Notes under the pieces: generated by a model
What the model saw: the letters and a program-made list of their open reading frames with translations, nothing else
What the model was told of the DNA's origin: nothing
Databases searched by the model: none
DNA from: Paraspadella gotoi
Taxonomy: Eukaryota; Animalia; Chaetognatha
Assembly (NCBI GenBank): GCA_051294375.1
Contig: CM119267.1
Location: 8,953,709 to 9,017,708, forward strand
Direction of reading: 5' to 3'
Length of the DNA: 64,000 nucleotides
Translations under genes and position numbers: made by a program
Part shown: positions 42,301 to 56,504 of the stretch, piece after piece
Position numbering within the stretch: position 1 is the stretch's first letter
How the letters are laid out: every line of letters starts with the position of its first letter

Positions 42301-42404
42301 TAATCTGTGAGCCGATCGGGAAATGAGAGTCGCGGGGCAAGTGATACTAAATCTATGAGCCGATCGGGAAATGGGGAATCGCGGGGCTCGTGATACTAAA
42401 TCTA
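42301..42404. repeat. ~50-bp tandem duplication (also at 51217-51326)
   Basis: GAGCCGATCGGGAAATG…TCGCGGGGC…GTGATACTAAATCTA occurs twice. Confidence 0.85.
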
Positions 42405-42617
42405 AAATGGAAGACTGAATAATTTCTAAACGGATTTGTTGATATAAATCTAAAAAGCTATTTACCCATGCGAAAGACGATTAAGTGACTCTCGTATCCT
42501 TTCTCTCTCTCTCTCTCTATCTCGTTTTCCCTCTGGTCACTGTCTCTCTCTCACTCTCTCTTTCTCCAACTAGCCGACGCCGCTCCTCGTATTCACTCGC
42601 TCCTCTCAGACGACGAG

Positions 42618-42658
<41 letters not shown>

Positions 42659-43030
42659 GGCCTGATCTCGTCACATTTCTGCTAATTACGCGAGAGATAT
42701 TCATCCTTTTTTTATTCTCTCTGCGATCTCATTTGCATATCCATCTATGACGAGATCACATAAATGTTTTTAATCATGTTTTTAATCATCTTTCTTTTTT
42801 TTTTCTCTCTGTCGCCTGTCGTCGTGAAGGGTGGAGAGACGTGAGAGCGAGTGTTTAAAAAAGTTAAATAAAGATTATAATTCGCTTTCTGCCATTTTAG
42901 TAAAAACAGGATTTTTTATTTTAATAAATTTAAGAATCAACTCATTACCGCAACTGTCCCTTATTTAAAAAGGTTCTGTATGCGTTTATATAAATCGGAA
43001 TTTTTGTTTCCACAACTCTCTCTCTCTCTA

Positions 43031-43169
<139 letters not shown>

Positions 43170-43499
43170 CTCTCTCTCTCTCTCTCTCTCCCAGCCGCAC
43201 ACGTACATGACCTATTCTGCTTCTTAAGCCGAGAAACTCTTTGCCCGCCTTAACTTTCATTTTCTTTTGTTCTTTACGCGCTTTGAGGTCTCTTGCAAGC
43301 TGCGACAAGCCATTCTCTTCTCTCCACTCTCTTCTTCTCTCTCTCTGCTCCCTCCCTTCCCTCCCTCCCTCCCTGCACATCCCGTGACGCTCTTCTTCTC
43401 TTTGTTTTCTTTACACCTCGTATCCCTGTACCACTATTTGAAAATCCCCGATTCTCTTTTCTTCCTTTCCTTCCTGCTGGAAATCTAAGATGATTCGTT

Positions 43500-46032
43500 A
43501 ACACCCATTTCTCGATTCATTTACATGAATAACTTTTCATATTATTTAGAGAAGAATAACGGAGAAAAGCGCAAAGAAGAAAGGCGACTCTGCCAAGTAA
43601 TCCGCGAAACTTGCCTGGACCGCGACAGAACGACGACCCCGACGACCTGCAGCAGAGAGTCTGTTAAAAGCGACCAGGATGACCACCTATCCTCTGAGAA
43701 GCCCGCCTCTCTCAAGAAATCGCAAAAAGCCGAGGCCGCCCACTTGGAAAAGGACTACTGTCAGCCAAGAAGCCAGGAAGTTTATGTGGTCCGACTGATC
43801 ATGATGTGCCTGAGAACGTAACAGAGAAAGTCCCAATGAAAAAGAAACGTTCACAACTACTGAAACGGTATCCAGAATCAGTAGACCATAATGCAAGAAG
43901 CCTCAAAAAAAGAGCAAAAAAAGTTACAAAATGGAACTATTTAGAAAGAGTGAGAGCTCTCGAATGGCACAACGACGACAAAATGACGAGCGAAGAGAAT
44001 AAAAAAGCTGGTGAAAAGACTACGCGCACTGAGTGGAAAAATTTCTAGGTAAAAGAGATTGTTCACACTCTTTACTGAGGCAACGATGGACACCCCTGAG
44101 ACCAACATACATCTCTCTGTTTGTTATTGTGCACTTAGCCTAGAATGATCTTAGTGAGCATTTAGAAGTAGAATCTCCTATAACCTAGGTACAAGAACTA
44201 GTATTTGCAGTAAGTTCAGTCGATCCGTACTCTGTAATATCTTGGATACCTCAGTGATTGTGAGAGATCCTCTTACAAGTATTCTCAGCTGTAGCAGTAG
44301 GCTCTCACTGCATATCATACCCAGCGAGCAGATGTATAAATTACATTCTGAGCGAACATCCTCTCCGTTAAAACATATTACAGTTTACAAGCTCTGTTGC
44401 GCGCACAAAAATCTCACCTATCTGCTCAGTACTCGTGGAAATACTCCCTCTTCGTACTCCGTACTCATCCTGCTCTCCTCCTCCTCTCTCTCGTCCTCTC
44501 TCCTCCTCCCTCCTCTCTCTCTCCTCTCTCCTCCCTCTGCATAACACTATTACACAATGCGCACAGCAGTCAATACAGACATCTCCATACATTATCGAGC
44601 GAGAAAGTCCGCTCGGTTGTTCTCCTTCGCTCCGGATTTTCGATTGTTATCGGTTTGGCATGTCTTGCTCCTTCCCCGGAATCTTACGTAGTGTCTAGTC
44701 GTCTTTTGTAGTTCTCCTGTATAACATTCGGATTTTCTCTCATCCTCGATAACGGTCCCAGAGGGATTATCGTGTTCTTTCCTGGTTTTCCGCCGTTGGG
44801 CCCGGAAAAGAGAGATAGAGAGAGATCAAAATTGTGAGACGGTGATGGGGAGACGTAGCACGCGACCGGATTGGCGAGAGCAGGTGAGGCAACGAGAATA
44901 GGCGTTGAGAGGAGAGAGAGAGAGGGCTGGGGAAGCTTATGAAAGCTGAACAGAGGTGGGGGAAGAGTGCTGTGAAAGCGGGTGGAATGGGAATTTACGG
45001 CGTGACAAGGGGAATCCGCGCTTTGTGAGTCGGGGAGGAGGTTGACTTCAGGGTTGACGAAGCGACCGAGCGACGTCGTAAGGAGGCGCGGCTGTTCGTG
45101 GCCCTTTACGGCGGCCGGTGTCGGACGCGAGACAGGTGGCCTCGCGCTGAATGTTAGAGACAGATTGCGTCGTAAGGAATATGGTGTGTGTTCCAGTTGT
45201 GTTTTTGTGTGCGCTGGCGATTAAGGGGATTACGAAGACGAAGACGACGACGACGAGCGACGAAGAAGAAGAAAAATAGACATCCTGAAAAACAAAATTT
45301 AACTTCTCACCCAAACAAAAGAAGTGCCTTCCCTTCGCAACTGGCGAACTGGGTGAACTGAAAGCGCAACTTTGACCGACGCCCTGTGGTCCGTAAATGA
45401 GGCTGTCTGCGAGTTTGCGCCGCACAAAAATGCTCGTAAATAACTAGCTCACGAAGATAAGAGAATTTTTGGTCAGTCCACCGGCTGACTACTGGCCTGC
45501 CCGCATCTCGGAATTCCCGTGCCTATTTCTTTTGTTTAACCTTCAGACAACCACACGGTATTTTTTTGACCCCCAGTGGTACCCAAGCAAAACAAGCATA
45601 GAAATTTTTAACCACTCTCAATATGCCTCTGCCTTTTGACACATTCCTCCGAATTCCTGTCTCGCACAGGTACAACAGAACCACCATCCCGACCTTATGC
45701 CATCGGGTGCCAATATGTGCAAACATTATGCTGCTCTCTCAGCCTCAACACCGAACCCTTCGCTCCGCATCCGTCCCGACCCAACCCACTCTCTCGTCTG
45801 CACCTACCATTTCGTTCCGCCCAGACCCAAACAACTTATGCAGTCTGTGATCCGAGTCTTCCTCTTCGCGCGCTCCCATAAGACAAAGAATTGTCCTTCT
45901 GGGCTCCTCACCTCTAATATATTAGTGCGCGAAGACAAACACTAATAATAAAGTTTTCTTTGGCCTTTTTCTCTCTCCCTTTCATCCTGCCCATAACTTG
46001 CGCGACCGCGAGAGTTAACTTCTCTCCTCCCT
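43500..46032. other. Interleaved chimeric consensus of 46058-47100 (+) and an inverted copy of ~24900-26000
   Basis: Absent from the duplicate copy, where 52350 joins directly to the 46058-like sequence; 44960-45330 is the reverse complement of 25350-25835; ends at a 25-N gap. Confidence 0.75.
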
Positions 46033-46112
46033 NNNNNNNNNNNNNNNNNNNNNNNNNAACCCATTCTTCATTTCTAATCTTTTTTTCGACGCGAGGCTCT
46101 GAGTCGCGAATT

Positions 46113-46143
<31 letters not shown>

Positions 46144-46582
46144 GATGACGACGACGACGACGACGACGAAGACACTTCAGAAGAAGAATTTATTGCGACT
46201 GATGAAAAAGGTCAATGAAAAAGAACGTCACAACTACTAAGACGTCCATATTGAAGATAAGAAAATGACTTTAAAAATGACGATGGCAACGACGACAATG
46301 ACGACGAAAAAAACTGTGAAACTACGCCCTGTAAAATTCTTAAAATTCAACTCTTTACTGAGGCAAACATGGACACCCTGAACCAACATCATCTCTCTTT
46401 TATTTCCTTTATATCTTATCATTAGTAACTCCTATTAATAGGTCAACTAGTATTCGTAATCATCTCTCTCTTATTTGATACCTCGTTTTTCCTTCTTCAA
46501 TATTCTACTCTCGCTCTACTCCGAGTTTATTCATTCAGGCGACTCTCGTTTTTCGGTTTCAATTTTTGACAATCTACCTTCC

Positions 46583-46704
<122 letters not shown>

Positions 46705-48431
46705 CTTTCACAATCCCGGCGTCTCGCTCTCCATCTTTCGCGAATCCGACGTTTCTCCTTCGCTCCGTCGACTTTCTTCCTCCTTCCGAATTTCTTTCCT
46801 TTTTTTTTTTCTTTCTTCTTTTTCTCCGACGTCAGGATTTCGCTTCACGGTTTTCCGCCGTGTCAAATCGTGAGACGTGGGCGTGACGCGCCGTGGCGAA
46901 GCGTGGCAAGAGAATGGCGTTGTGAGGAATGGCACGGTAAGGAATGGTAGGGTTTGCGCGGTGGCGGGGCGTTGGAAAGTCAGCGATGGTGACCACGACT
47001 GGATTTGGGTTTTTTTTTTAAAGCAAAGATGGTGGACAGTGGAAAGCAGACAGCTTCACAGCCGACAACCTCGTAAGGCGACAGCCGACAAAATTTGTTG
47101 GGAATTGAACAGCTGTCAGTCACGACTCGTCGACGCCAACCTTCGCCTACCAAGCCGGGAAAAAAATTGCAGGGAGTTTCTTCCCGAGCAGAATTGCTTC
47201 TGGCGTAAAAAAAGAAAAAAANNNNNNNNNNNNNNNNNNNNNNNNNNNNNNNNNNNNNNNNNNNNNNNNNNNNNNNNNNNNNNNNNNNNNNNNNNNNNNN
47301 NNNNNNNNNNNNNNNNNNNNNNNNNNNNNNNNNNNNNNNNNNNNNNNNNNNNNNNNNNNNNNNNNNNNNNNNNNNNNNNNNNNNNNNNNNNNNNNNNNNN
47401 NNNNNNNNNNNNNNNNNNNNNNNNNNNNNNNNNNNNNNNNNNNNNNNNNNNNNNNNNNNNNNNNNNNNNNNNNNNNNNNNCTGTTATTTCTTCGCAACTG
47501 TGTTTTATTTCTCTTCCGCCATTTTGTTTTTCTTCTTTTCTTTCCTTCGTTAACTTTTCCTTTCCCTTTCATCTTCTCGCTGCAGCTTTCTCTAATTTTC
47601 TCTTTCCATTCATTCATCATCTCTTTTCGCATCTGCTTTACACCTGCAAAACTCCCTCCAAGTATCTGCTAAATCCTTGCCTCGCACCTGCTAAAACCCA
47701 TACGTCGCACGCCCGGACCTTTAAGTCGCCAAGAGTCCCTGGCTCTTGCCTGCTGCATTCTCCTTTTTTATTATATTTTTTTCACACGCTTAAAAATAAC
47801 CTTTTTTTAATTTTTCTCCTAGATTTCTCTTTCATCGTCATCCCTCTTTCCCTTTTTTTTTCCGCTTTTTCCCTTTTACCAAATCTTCACGCGAGGATGG
47901 CGTCCATTTTTCCTCTTGGCTGATTCTTTGTTGCGGAACTCTTGATTCGCTTCATCGCCCGCTCGATAGTGGCTGCCGNNNNNNNNNNNNNNNNNNNNNN
48001 NNNNNNNNNNNNNNNNNNNNNNNNNNNNNNNNNNNNNNNNNNNNNNNNNNNNNNNNNNNNNNNNNNNNNNNNNNNNNNNNNNNNNNNNNNNNNNNNNNNN
48101 NNNNNNNNNNNNNNNNNNNNNNNNNNNNNNAGATTCAATCCTTTCCATATGCAATCGTCGGAATCATTATCTCAAAAAAATCCAAGACGAAAATCTCTCT
48201 GCGACCTTAATCTTGAATCAGCCTCGGCTCTCTCTCCCTCTCCCTCTCTCTCCCTCTCTCCCAAGAGGAGTGGAACATAATGAGTTCCTCTGCCGCTTTT
48301 AATGAATTATTTATTTCGTCACCAAAGGGGAGGAAGAAAGTCTTCCGAGACGGAGGTCGGCGACACAAGAAAACCATTTTTATGGGAGTTTTTTTTTTCT
48401 TCGAATTTTTGAGCGGTTTTTTTCTTTTTTA

Positions 48432-48478
<47 letters not shown>

Positions 48479-48856
48479 GACAGAGACAGAGACAGAGACA
48501 GAGAGAGACAAAGAGAGAGAGAGATGCACAAACTTAGTTGTACATTTTCGGATCCCTTACTGCATATTTAATATTTATTCATAATTGTATTTCCAAAATT
48601 CCTCTAAAAAGCCAAGTGAAGATAAGGTGCCGAATGACGTTTTCGTCGTCGTTGTCGTCGCCTTCGTCGTCGCCGCCATCGTCAGTGTCTCGTACTCGTC
48701 GTCTTATGGAGGTGAAAGGAAAAAGTCGGAAACGAGTGGAATTTTTTATGAGGATCGAAACGATAACGACGTCGACACCATGAAAAATAGAGTCGCCCTC
48801 TGGCGATGAAACGCTCTTTCTCTCTTCTCTCTCCTTTTCTCATCTCTCTCTTCTCT

Positions 48857-48889
<33 letters not shown>

Positions 48890-48910
48890 ATCTTTCATCT
48901 CTTCTCTCTC

Positions 48911-51900
48911 TCTGGGGCAGATGTATTATCCCTTACCGGGAAATGAGGTTTGAGGAATTAGGAATTAGTATTGTTGGATTCCGAGAGCGAGTCCGAAAGT
49001 CAGGCCAGTCGCAACCAGACGGACCTATTGCCGGCAAACATTTTTTTCCAAAGTAAGGGCCAACGGGACTTTTTTTCCCGTTTTCCTTCGTTGGTTACTT
49101 TCGAATCTATTCACAAAAGATCAACTCTCACAGGTTTTTCTCTCTTACAGCTCGCCGTCTTTCTTTGACTATTTTCTCTCCTCTCTCTTCTCTCTCGTCT
49201 TCTCTCTCTCTCCTCTCCTCTCTCCTCTCTCTCTCTCTCTCCCCCTCTCTCTCTATTTGTCTCTCTCCCTCTTCCCCGCCCTCAGGCAATGAGGAGGGCG
49301 AAGCGGCTGATTTTAAGCCTCACTCACCGCATCGCGTCTCGAGTTAATGACGAAAAAAACTTCTTTCTTTCTTCCTCTTGTTTTTTTCTGCTGCAAGGTA
49401 TGCAATCGAAAAAAAGTTTTTTCTTTGTTAAAGGAGAAAAAAAAGGCACCGATAGAGAAAAAAAAACTCTCTTTCTCTCTCTCCTCTCTCTCTTCTCTCT
49501 CTCTTCTCTCTCCTCTCTCCTCCTCTCTCTCTCTCTCTCTCTCTCTCTTCTAGCCATCTCCTTTTTTTTAATTTTTTCCAGAGCTGGACGTTCTTAGAGA
49601 GTAATTGATGGAAATTCCTTTATTCGCTTTTTACGACGATTCCTTTGCGTTAAAACCAATTGAAGAAAGGAAGAGGAGGGGGGGGATTTTTTTCATTCCT
49701 ACCCCCCCCCCAATTTGTTTTTTTTGATAAATCGGCCTTCAAGAACGAAAGAAAATAATTCTTATATACATCCGTCGGTTAAATCGACGGTAAGAAAGGG
49801 AAAGGAGGAAAAAGGCGGTATGAGGAAAGCTGTTGATCAGCACCATCGCAGGGGAGCAAATTCGCTCCACTTAATCTCCCTTTCTTCCTCTTCCTTCCTT
49901 CCTTTCACGAGCGCTACTTTCCTCCACGCGTTGCCGCTATCCCCCCACACAGGAGCGTTCGCCTTCCTTCTCGCAGAGACCCTCTGTCTCTTCTCCTCCC
50001 CCTCTCCCTCCCCGCAACCCGTTTCCTCCTCTTCCTCACCCCCCCTTTTGTTGCCCCCCCAACCATCATTTTTCCCGGCTGAAGTACCAGGCCTCATTAA
50101 GCCCCGAGCGCTTTCGACTCCATCTCCCGGGTGAAAAGCTCGATTGGGTTAAAGTAATATAAACAAATTTCAAGATTTCGTTCTAGAAGAAATGAGACTC
50201 TGCCTTTTTTCATTCACTTCGTCACACTCAGCCGCCTCCTCTTGATGCTCAGATCCCTCTTCCTCTTCCTCTGCTCCTCCTCCTCTTTCCTCCTTCCCTC
50301 GCGCCACTCCCTTTTTTTTTTCCTTCTTCCCGATTTTCTATCTCTTGAGTTTGAACTCGTTTATTATTTAGCTATTTTTTAGCCCCAATTTTGCTTCCCA
50401 TTTTAGTTTTTCTTTTATTTCGTGTGTACATTTTTGTCATTTCTTCACTCTTTTTAATCTATTTTTGGATAAAAAAAAATAGGTAACCTATAATTCACCA
50501 GATGAGTTGCACAGACGCCCCGCAGATCAGTCTTAATTTTATCTCTTCATCCGCTTGAACGATATTCGCAGGAGTGAAAAAATTCGAAGTTCAATCTTTT
50601 TTCCCTTCGCAGGCAGATGATTTACTTTTCTAATCCAGCATGACACGGAAAGTCAGCCGTAAATGTAACAAGGGTGGCTGGAAAGCAGATAAAGAACTTC
50701 GTAAAGAAAACCAATCAAGAAACTGAGAAACAAACTTTAAACTTAAAAACTATTAATTAATATAACAATGTAACATATATTTTTCTTTATTCAAATTCTA
50801 GAACTGAAGGTTTTATATTACATCATATCTCAGTTCTAGTACAAGATGAAAAAAAGAGCTACCAGGATGGGTGACGAGAGATGATTCAAAAAGAAGGAGC
50901 AAGAAGAAGATGTAGTGCGCGGTTAGGAGGTCCGGTCGGCAAAAATAAAGGGGGCGGAGGTCTCGAAGAAGGATATTCCTCCTGAGTCGAAACCAGACGG
51001 CTTAATGGATTCAACCGCATTCCGCGCAAAAGAAAAAAAAAGAAGAAAAAGTTAAGGAAAAGTTAAGAGGAAAAGTTAAAGGAAAAGAAATAAGGGAAAA
51101 AAAAAAACCTTCTTTCCGTCGACAAAAGAAGTTCGCCGGTTCGTAAAGAAAAAAAATTGCCAACTTTTTTTCTTCTCTATTTAAAAAAATTGCGTTGATT
51201 TTTTGAGAAAATGCGTTAATCTGTGAGCCGATCGGGAAATGAGATCGCGGGGCCTAAGTGATACAAATCTATGAGCCGATCGGGAAAATGTGGGAATCGC
51301 GGGGCTCGTGACAGTACTAAATCTAAATGGAAAGACTGAATATATCTAAACGGACTTTGTTGATATAAATCTAAAAAGCTAGTATGTACCCATGCGAAAA
51401 GCACGATAAGCTGACTCTCGTATCCTTTCTCTCTTCTCTCTCTCTATCTCGGTTCCTATCTGTTCACTGTCTCCTCTCATCCACTCTCTCTTTCTCCAAC
51501 TAGCCGACGTCCGCCCTCCTCGTATTCACTCGCCTCCTCTCAGACGACCGAGCTCTTCTCTGCCTCCTCTCTCTCTCTCTCTCCTCTCCACTGGCGCCTG
51601 ATCTCGTCAACTTTCTGGCTAATTACGCGAGAAGATATTCATTCCTTTTTATTATTCTCTTCTGCGATCTCATTGCATATACCAATCTATTGACGAGGAT
51701 CACATAAATGTTTTTAATCATGTTTTTTAATCTATCTTTCTTTTTTTTCTCTCTTGTCGCCTGTGTACCGTGAAGCGCGTGGAGATGACGTGAGAGCGGA
51801 GTGCTTTAAAAAGTTAAAATAAAGATTATAATTCGCTTCTCTGCCATTTTATAAAAACAGGATATTTTATTTTAATAATTTTAAGAATCAACTCATTACC

Positions 51901-51996
51901 GCAACTGTCCCTTATTTAAAAAGGTTCTGTAGCTGTTTGTTATATAAATCGGAATTTGTTTCCACAACTCTCTCATCTCTCTATCTCTCTCTTCTC

Positions 51997-52028
<32 letters not shown>

Positions 52029-52056
52029 CTCTCTCTTTTTCTCTCATCTCTTCTCA

Positions 52057-52117
<61 letters not shown>

Positions 52118-52904
52118 CCCAGCGCACACGTACAGCACCTTTCTCTTCTTAAGCCGAAACTGTCTTTGCCGCTTAACTTCACTTTCTGTTCTTTACGCGC
52201 TTTGAGTCTCTATGCCAGCTCGCGAAAAGCCATTCTCTCTCTCTCAACTCTCTCTCTCTCTCTCTCTCTCCCTCCCTCGCCTCCCCTCCCTCCCTTCCTC
52301 CTCCCACTTTTTCCTATCCTCCAATCCTCCTTTTCCTTCCTGCTGGAAATCACAGGGAGTATGAACCCATTCTTCATTTCTTAATCTTTTTTTCGGACGC
52401 GATGGCTTCTTGAGTCGCGATTCGACGACCGAACGACGACGACGGACGCACGACGGTGTGATGACGACCGACGACTACGCGATCGAAGACACTTCATGAA
52501 GAAGAATTTTAATTGCGAACTGATGAAAAAAGCAATGAAAAAGAACGTCACAACTACTAAGACGATCCATATAAGATAGAAAAATGACTTAAAAATGACG
52601 ATTGGCAACGACACAATGCACGACGAAAAAAACTGTGGAAACTACGCCCTGTAAAAAATTCTTAAAATTCAACTCTTTATGAGGACAACTATGGACCACC
52701 TGAACCAACATCCATCTCTCTTTATTCCTTATATCTTATCATAGTAACTCCTATTAAATTAGGTCAACTAGTATTCGTAATCATCTCTCTCTTATTTGCA
52801 TACCACGTTTTCTTCGTTCAATATTCTACTCTCGCTCTACTCCGAGATTATCAAGGCGACTCTCGTTTTTCGGTTTCAATTTTGACAGATCTACCTTCAC
52901 AATA

Positions 52905-52979
<75 letters not shown>

Positions 52980-53540
52980 ACCTTTCACAATCCCGGACGT
53001 TTCTTCTCTCTCAATCTTTCGCCGAATCCGGACGCTTCTCCTTCGCTTCCGTCGACTTTCTTCCTCCTTCCGAATTTTCTTTCCTTTTTTTCTTTTCTTC
53101 CTTTTTCTCCGGACGTCAGGATTTCGCTTCACGGTTTCCGCCGTGTCAAAATCGTTGAGACTGTTGCGGCGGACGCTCCGTGGCGAAGCGCCCGTGGCAA
53201 GAGTTGGCGTGTTGTGAGCGAATGCACGGTAAAGGAATGTAGGGTTTGCGGCGGCGCTAATAATCCGGTGGCGGGGCGTTGGAAAGTCAGCTGATGCGTG
53301 ACCACATGGATTGGGTTTTTTTTAAAGCAAAGCATGTGGACAGTGGAAAGCAGACAGCTTCACAGCCGACAACTCTCGTAGGCGACAGCACCGACAAAAA
53401 TTTGTGGAATTGAACAGCTGCAGTCACGACTCGTCGACGCCAAACCTTCGCCTACCAAGCCGTGAAAAAAATAAGCAGTGGGTTTCTTCCCGAGGCAGAA
53501 TGGCGCTTCTGGCGTAAAAAAAGAAAAAAAAAAGACTTAG

Positions 53541-53578
<38 letters not shown>

Positions 53579-53738
53579 TGAAAGAGAGAGATCGAGGACA
53601 GAGAGACGAGGGAGAGAGAGAGAGGAGAGAGAGAGTATGTACTTCCCTGGTGTGATCTGTTATAGCCCCGCCATAGGAAGAAATATTTCTTGTTGGCCTC
53701 AACGAAATCCTAGGATTACCTCTCTCTCTCTCTCTCTC

Positions 53739-53774
<36 letters not shown>

Positions 53775-54384
53775 CCCTTTTTTTTGTTCTTTCCCTTTTT
53801 TCTCTTTCTAATTTTTCTTAAAGCATGGCGTTAACTCCCCTTTTTTCACCTGTTTATTTTCTTTCGCAACTGTGTTTATTTCTCTTCCGCCATTTTGCTG
53901 TTTTCTTCTTTCTTCCTTCGCTTAAACTTTTTCCTTTCCCTTTCATCTTCCGCTGCAGGCTTTTCTCTTAATTTTTCTCTTTCCATTCATTCAATTATTC
54001 TTTTCGCATCTGCTTTACACCTGCAAAACTCCCTCCAAGTAATCTGCCTAAATCCTGACCTCGGCCACCTTGCTAAAAAACCCATACGTCGCACCTGCCC
54101 GGCTTTAGTCGCAAGAGTCCCTGGCTCTTGCCTGCTGCAATTCTCCTTTATTATATTTTTTTCACACGCTAAAAATAACCTTTTTTAATTTTCTTCCCTA
54201 GATTTCTCTTTCATCGTCATCCCTTCTTTCCCTTTTTTTTTTCGCTTTTTCCCTTTTATCCAAAATCTTCATCGCGATGGATGGCGTCCATTTTTCCTCT
54301 GCTGATTCTTTGTTGCGGAACTCTGGATTCGCTTCATCGCCACGCTCGATAGGTGTGCTGCCGGCTGGCGCGAGTAAGCATCTC

Positions 54385-54443
<59 letters not shown>

Positions 54444-54815
54444 CTCTCTCTCTCTCTCTCCTCTCTTTCTCTCTCCGCCTCTAGTGCTCTCCAGAATTCA
54501 ATCCTTTCCATATGCATAATCGTCGAATCATTAATCTTCAAAATACAATCCAAGACGAAAATCTCTTGCGACCTTATCTTGAATCAGCCTTCGGCCTCTC
54601 TCTCCACTCTCCCTCTCTCTCCCTCTACTCCCAAGAGGAGTGGAACATATATGAGGTTCCTCATGCCGCTTTTAATGAATTATTTATTTTCGTCACCAAA
54701 GGGGAGGAAGCAAAGTCTCCAGAGACGGACAGGTCGGCCGACACAAGAAAACCATTTCTTATGGGGAGTTTTTTTTTTCTCGAATTTTTGAGCGGTTTTT
54801 TTTTCTTTTTTTTTA

Positions 54816-54863
<48 letters not shown>

Positions 54864-55290
54864 TGAGAGAGAAGAGAGAGATGAGAGAGAAGAGAGAGAG
54901 AGAGAGATAGAGAGACCAGAGACAGAGAAGAGAGAGACAAAGAGAAGAGAGAGAGTGCACAACTTAGTTGTACATTTTCGGACCCTTACTGCCATATTTA
55001 ATATTATCGATAATGTATTTTCCAAAATTCCTCTAAAAAAGCCAAGTTGAAGATAAAGGATTGCCGACCGAAATGACGTTTTTCGTCGTCGAGTTGTCGT
55101 CGCCATCGTTCGTCGCACCCGCCATCTTCAGTTTGTCTCGTACTCGTCGGTCATTATGGAGATACGGTGCATATTAAGGGAAAAACGTCAGGAATACGAG
55201 TTGGAGATTTTGATGAGAGATCGAACAGATAACGGACGCAGACACCATGAAAAAATAGAGTCGCCAACTCTGGCGATTGAAACGCTCTTC
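48911..55290 (+). repeat. Duplicate block E: noisy copy of 40148-43490 + 46058-48815
   Basis: Collinear and insertion-rich; both junctions lie in (CT)n tracts. Confidence 0.9.
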
Positions 55291-55388
55291 TCTCTCTCTC
55301 TCTCTCTCTCTCTTACTCTCTTCTCCTCTCTCTCTCTCTCACTACTCTCTCTCTCTCTCTCTCATCTTCTTGGCGATGAAACGCTCTC

Positions 55389-55423
<35 letters not shown>

Positions 55424-55487
55424 CTCTCTTCTCTCTCGTCTCTTCTCTCTCTCTCTCTCTCTAATTTCTTTTTCCTAACTTGTTTAA

Positions 55488-56504
55488 GGTCAGCGGGAGA
55501 CACTCAATTCAAATTATAATAAATAGCCCTTAAAACCGAGCTCGGATTTCGAAAGGAGAGCTCCTGACGATCCGAAAATGTATTCATTTACTATTTTTCA
55601 AAGGCCGTCATCGTTAATTTTAATTTTGATTTTTTCGTAGTACTATATAAAATAAAAAAACCTATTTGAGAGTTGCAGCCCAAACGGTAAGGCGGTAATC
55701 TCACATAAAATTATGGCAATTGAATTACTTTTTAGGTCCACTAACTCCAAATTCTTCATATGAAAAGCATATTTTCAAAATTTTGCCCCTTCCTTCATAA
55801 AAATTTGATTATTTAATCAATTTTTGGGATTAATTCCGTTGATATCTTTGGAAACGAAAAACATTGTGTTTCCCAAAAACGCGCTCATCAGGAATCTCCC
55901 CCACCTTTCCTTTCTTGCCCAAATTATTTTTTTTCTTCAAGAGAGTCCAATGTTTGAGCTGACACTGCTTTCCGTTTTTTTACTTCACTTCGTCAAGAAA
56001 GTTAAATTCGACTCAAATTAAAACTCATTAAACAATACATAAAGTAAAAGTCAAATTGAAATAAATCGCGATAAGTTTTTTAACTACATAAATACTCATG
56101 AAAGTATAACAAAACCGTCTGGAAAATGTGAAGAGTAAGTTTGTTTTAGACTTAATTAGTGATTACAACCCCATGTATGTACTTGACCACAAGGAGAATT
56201 CAAATATAAGACATGTAGAAATGTAGCGCTTACTGAATAAAAGAGATCAGTTTATAAGTTAAAAATTTAGTTGCTAAGAAATTTAGCCTTACATATAAAA
56301 AAATAATTTTCTCTGAAAAATCTAGTTTTACCGCAAAGAAAAAGATTTTGTTTTAAATTTTTAATGAACATTTTAGGTAGATTTTTAAAAGTTTTCGAAT
56401 AATTTTAATAGAGAAAAACCTACTACAGGATATGAGAAAAATGAAATTAAGAATACAGTAAATTTAAGATTTCTTACCAATTTAGGTTGAGTGATCTCCT
56501 GGCC
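55488..56504. mobile_element. AT-rich TIR MITE, TTAA-flanked (Kolobok-like)
   Basis: TTAA|GGTCAGCGGGAGACACTCAA … TTGAGTGATCTCCTGGCC|TAA imperfect TIRs; internal inverted GAAAGG…CCTGA(C/T)GA motif at 55551 and 55885-55909. Confidence 0.55.

Noticed and set aside
43525-44711. Protein-like ORFs (98, 80, 100 and 104 aa)
   Set aside because: They lie in interleaved chimeric consensus. The same applies to ORFs in 19576-22650.
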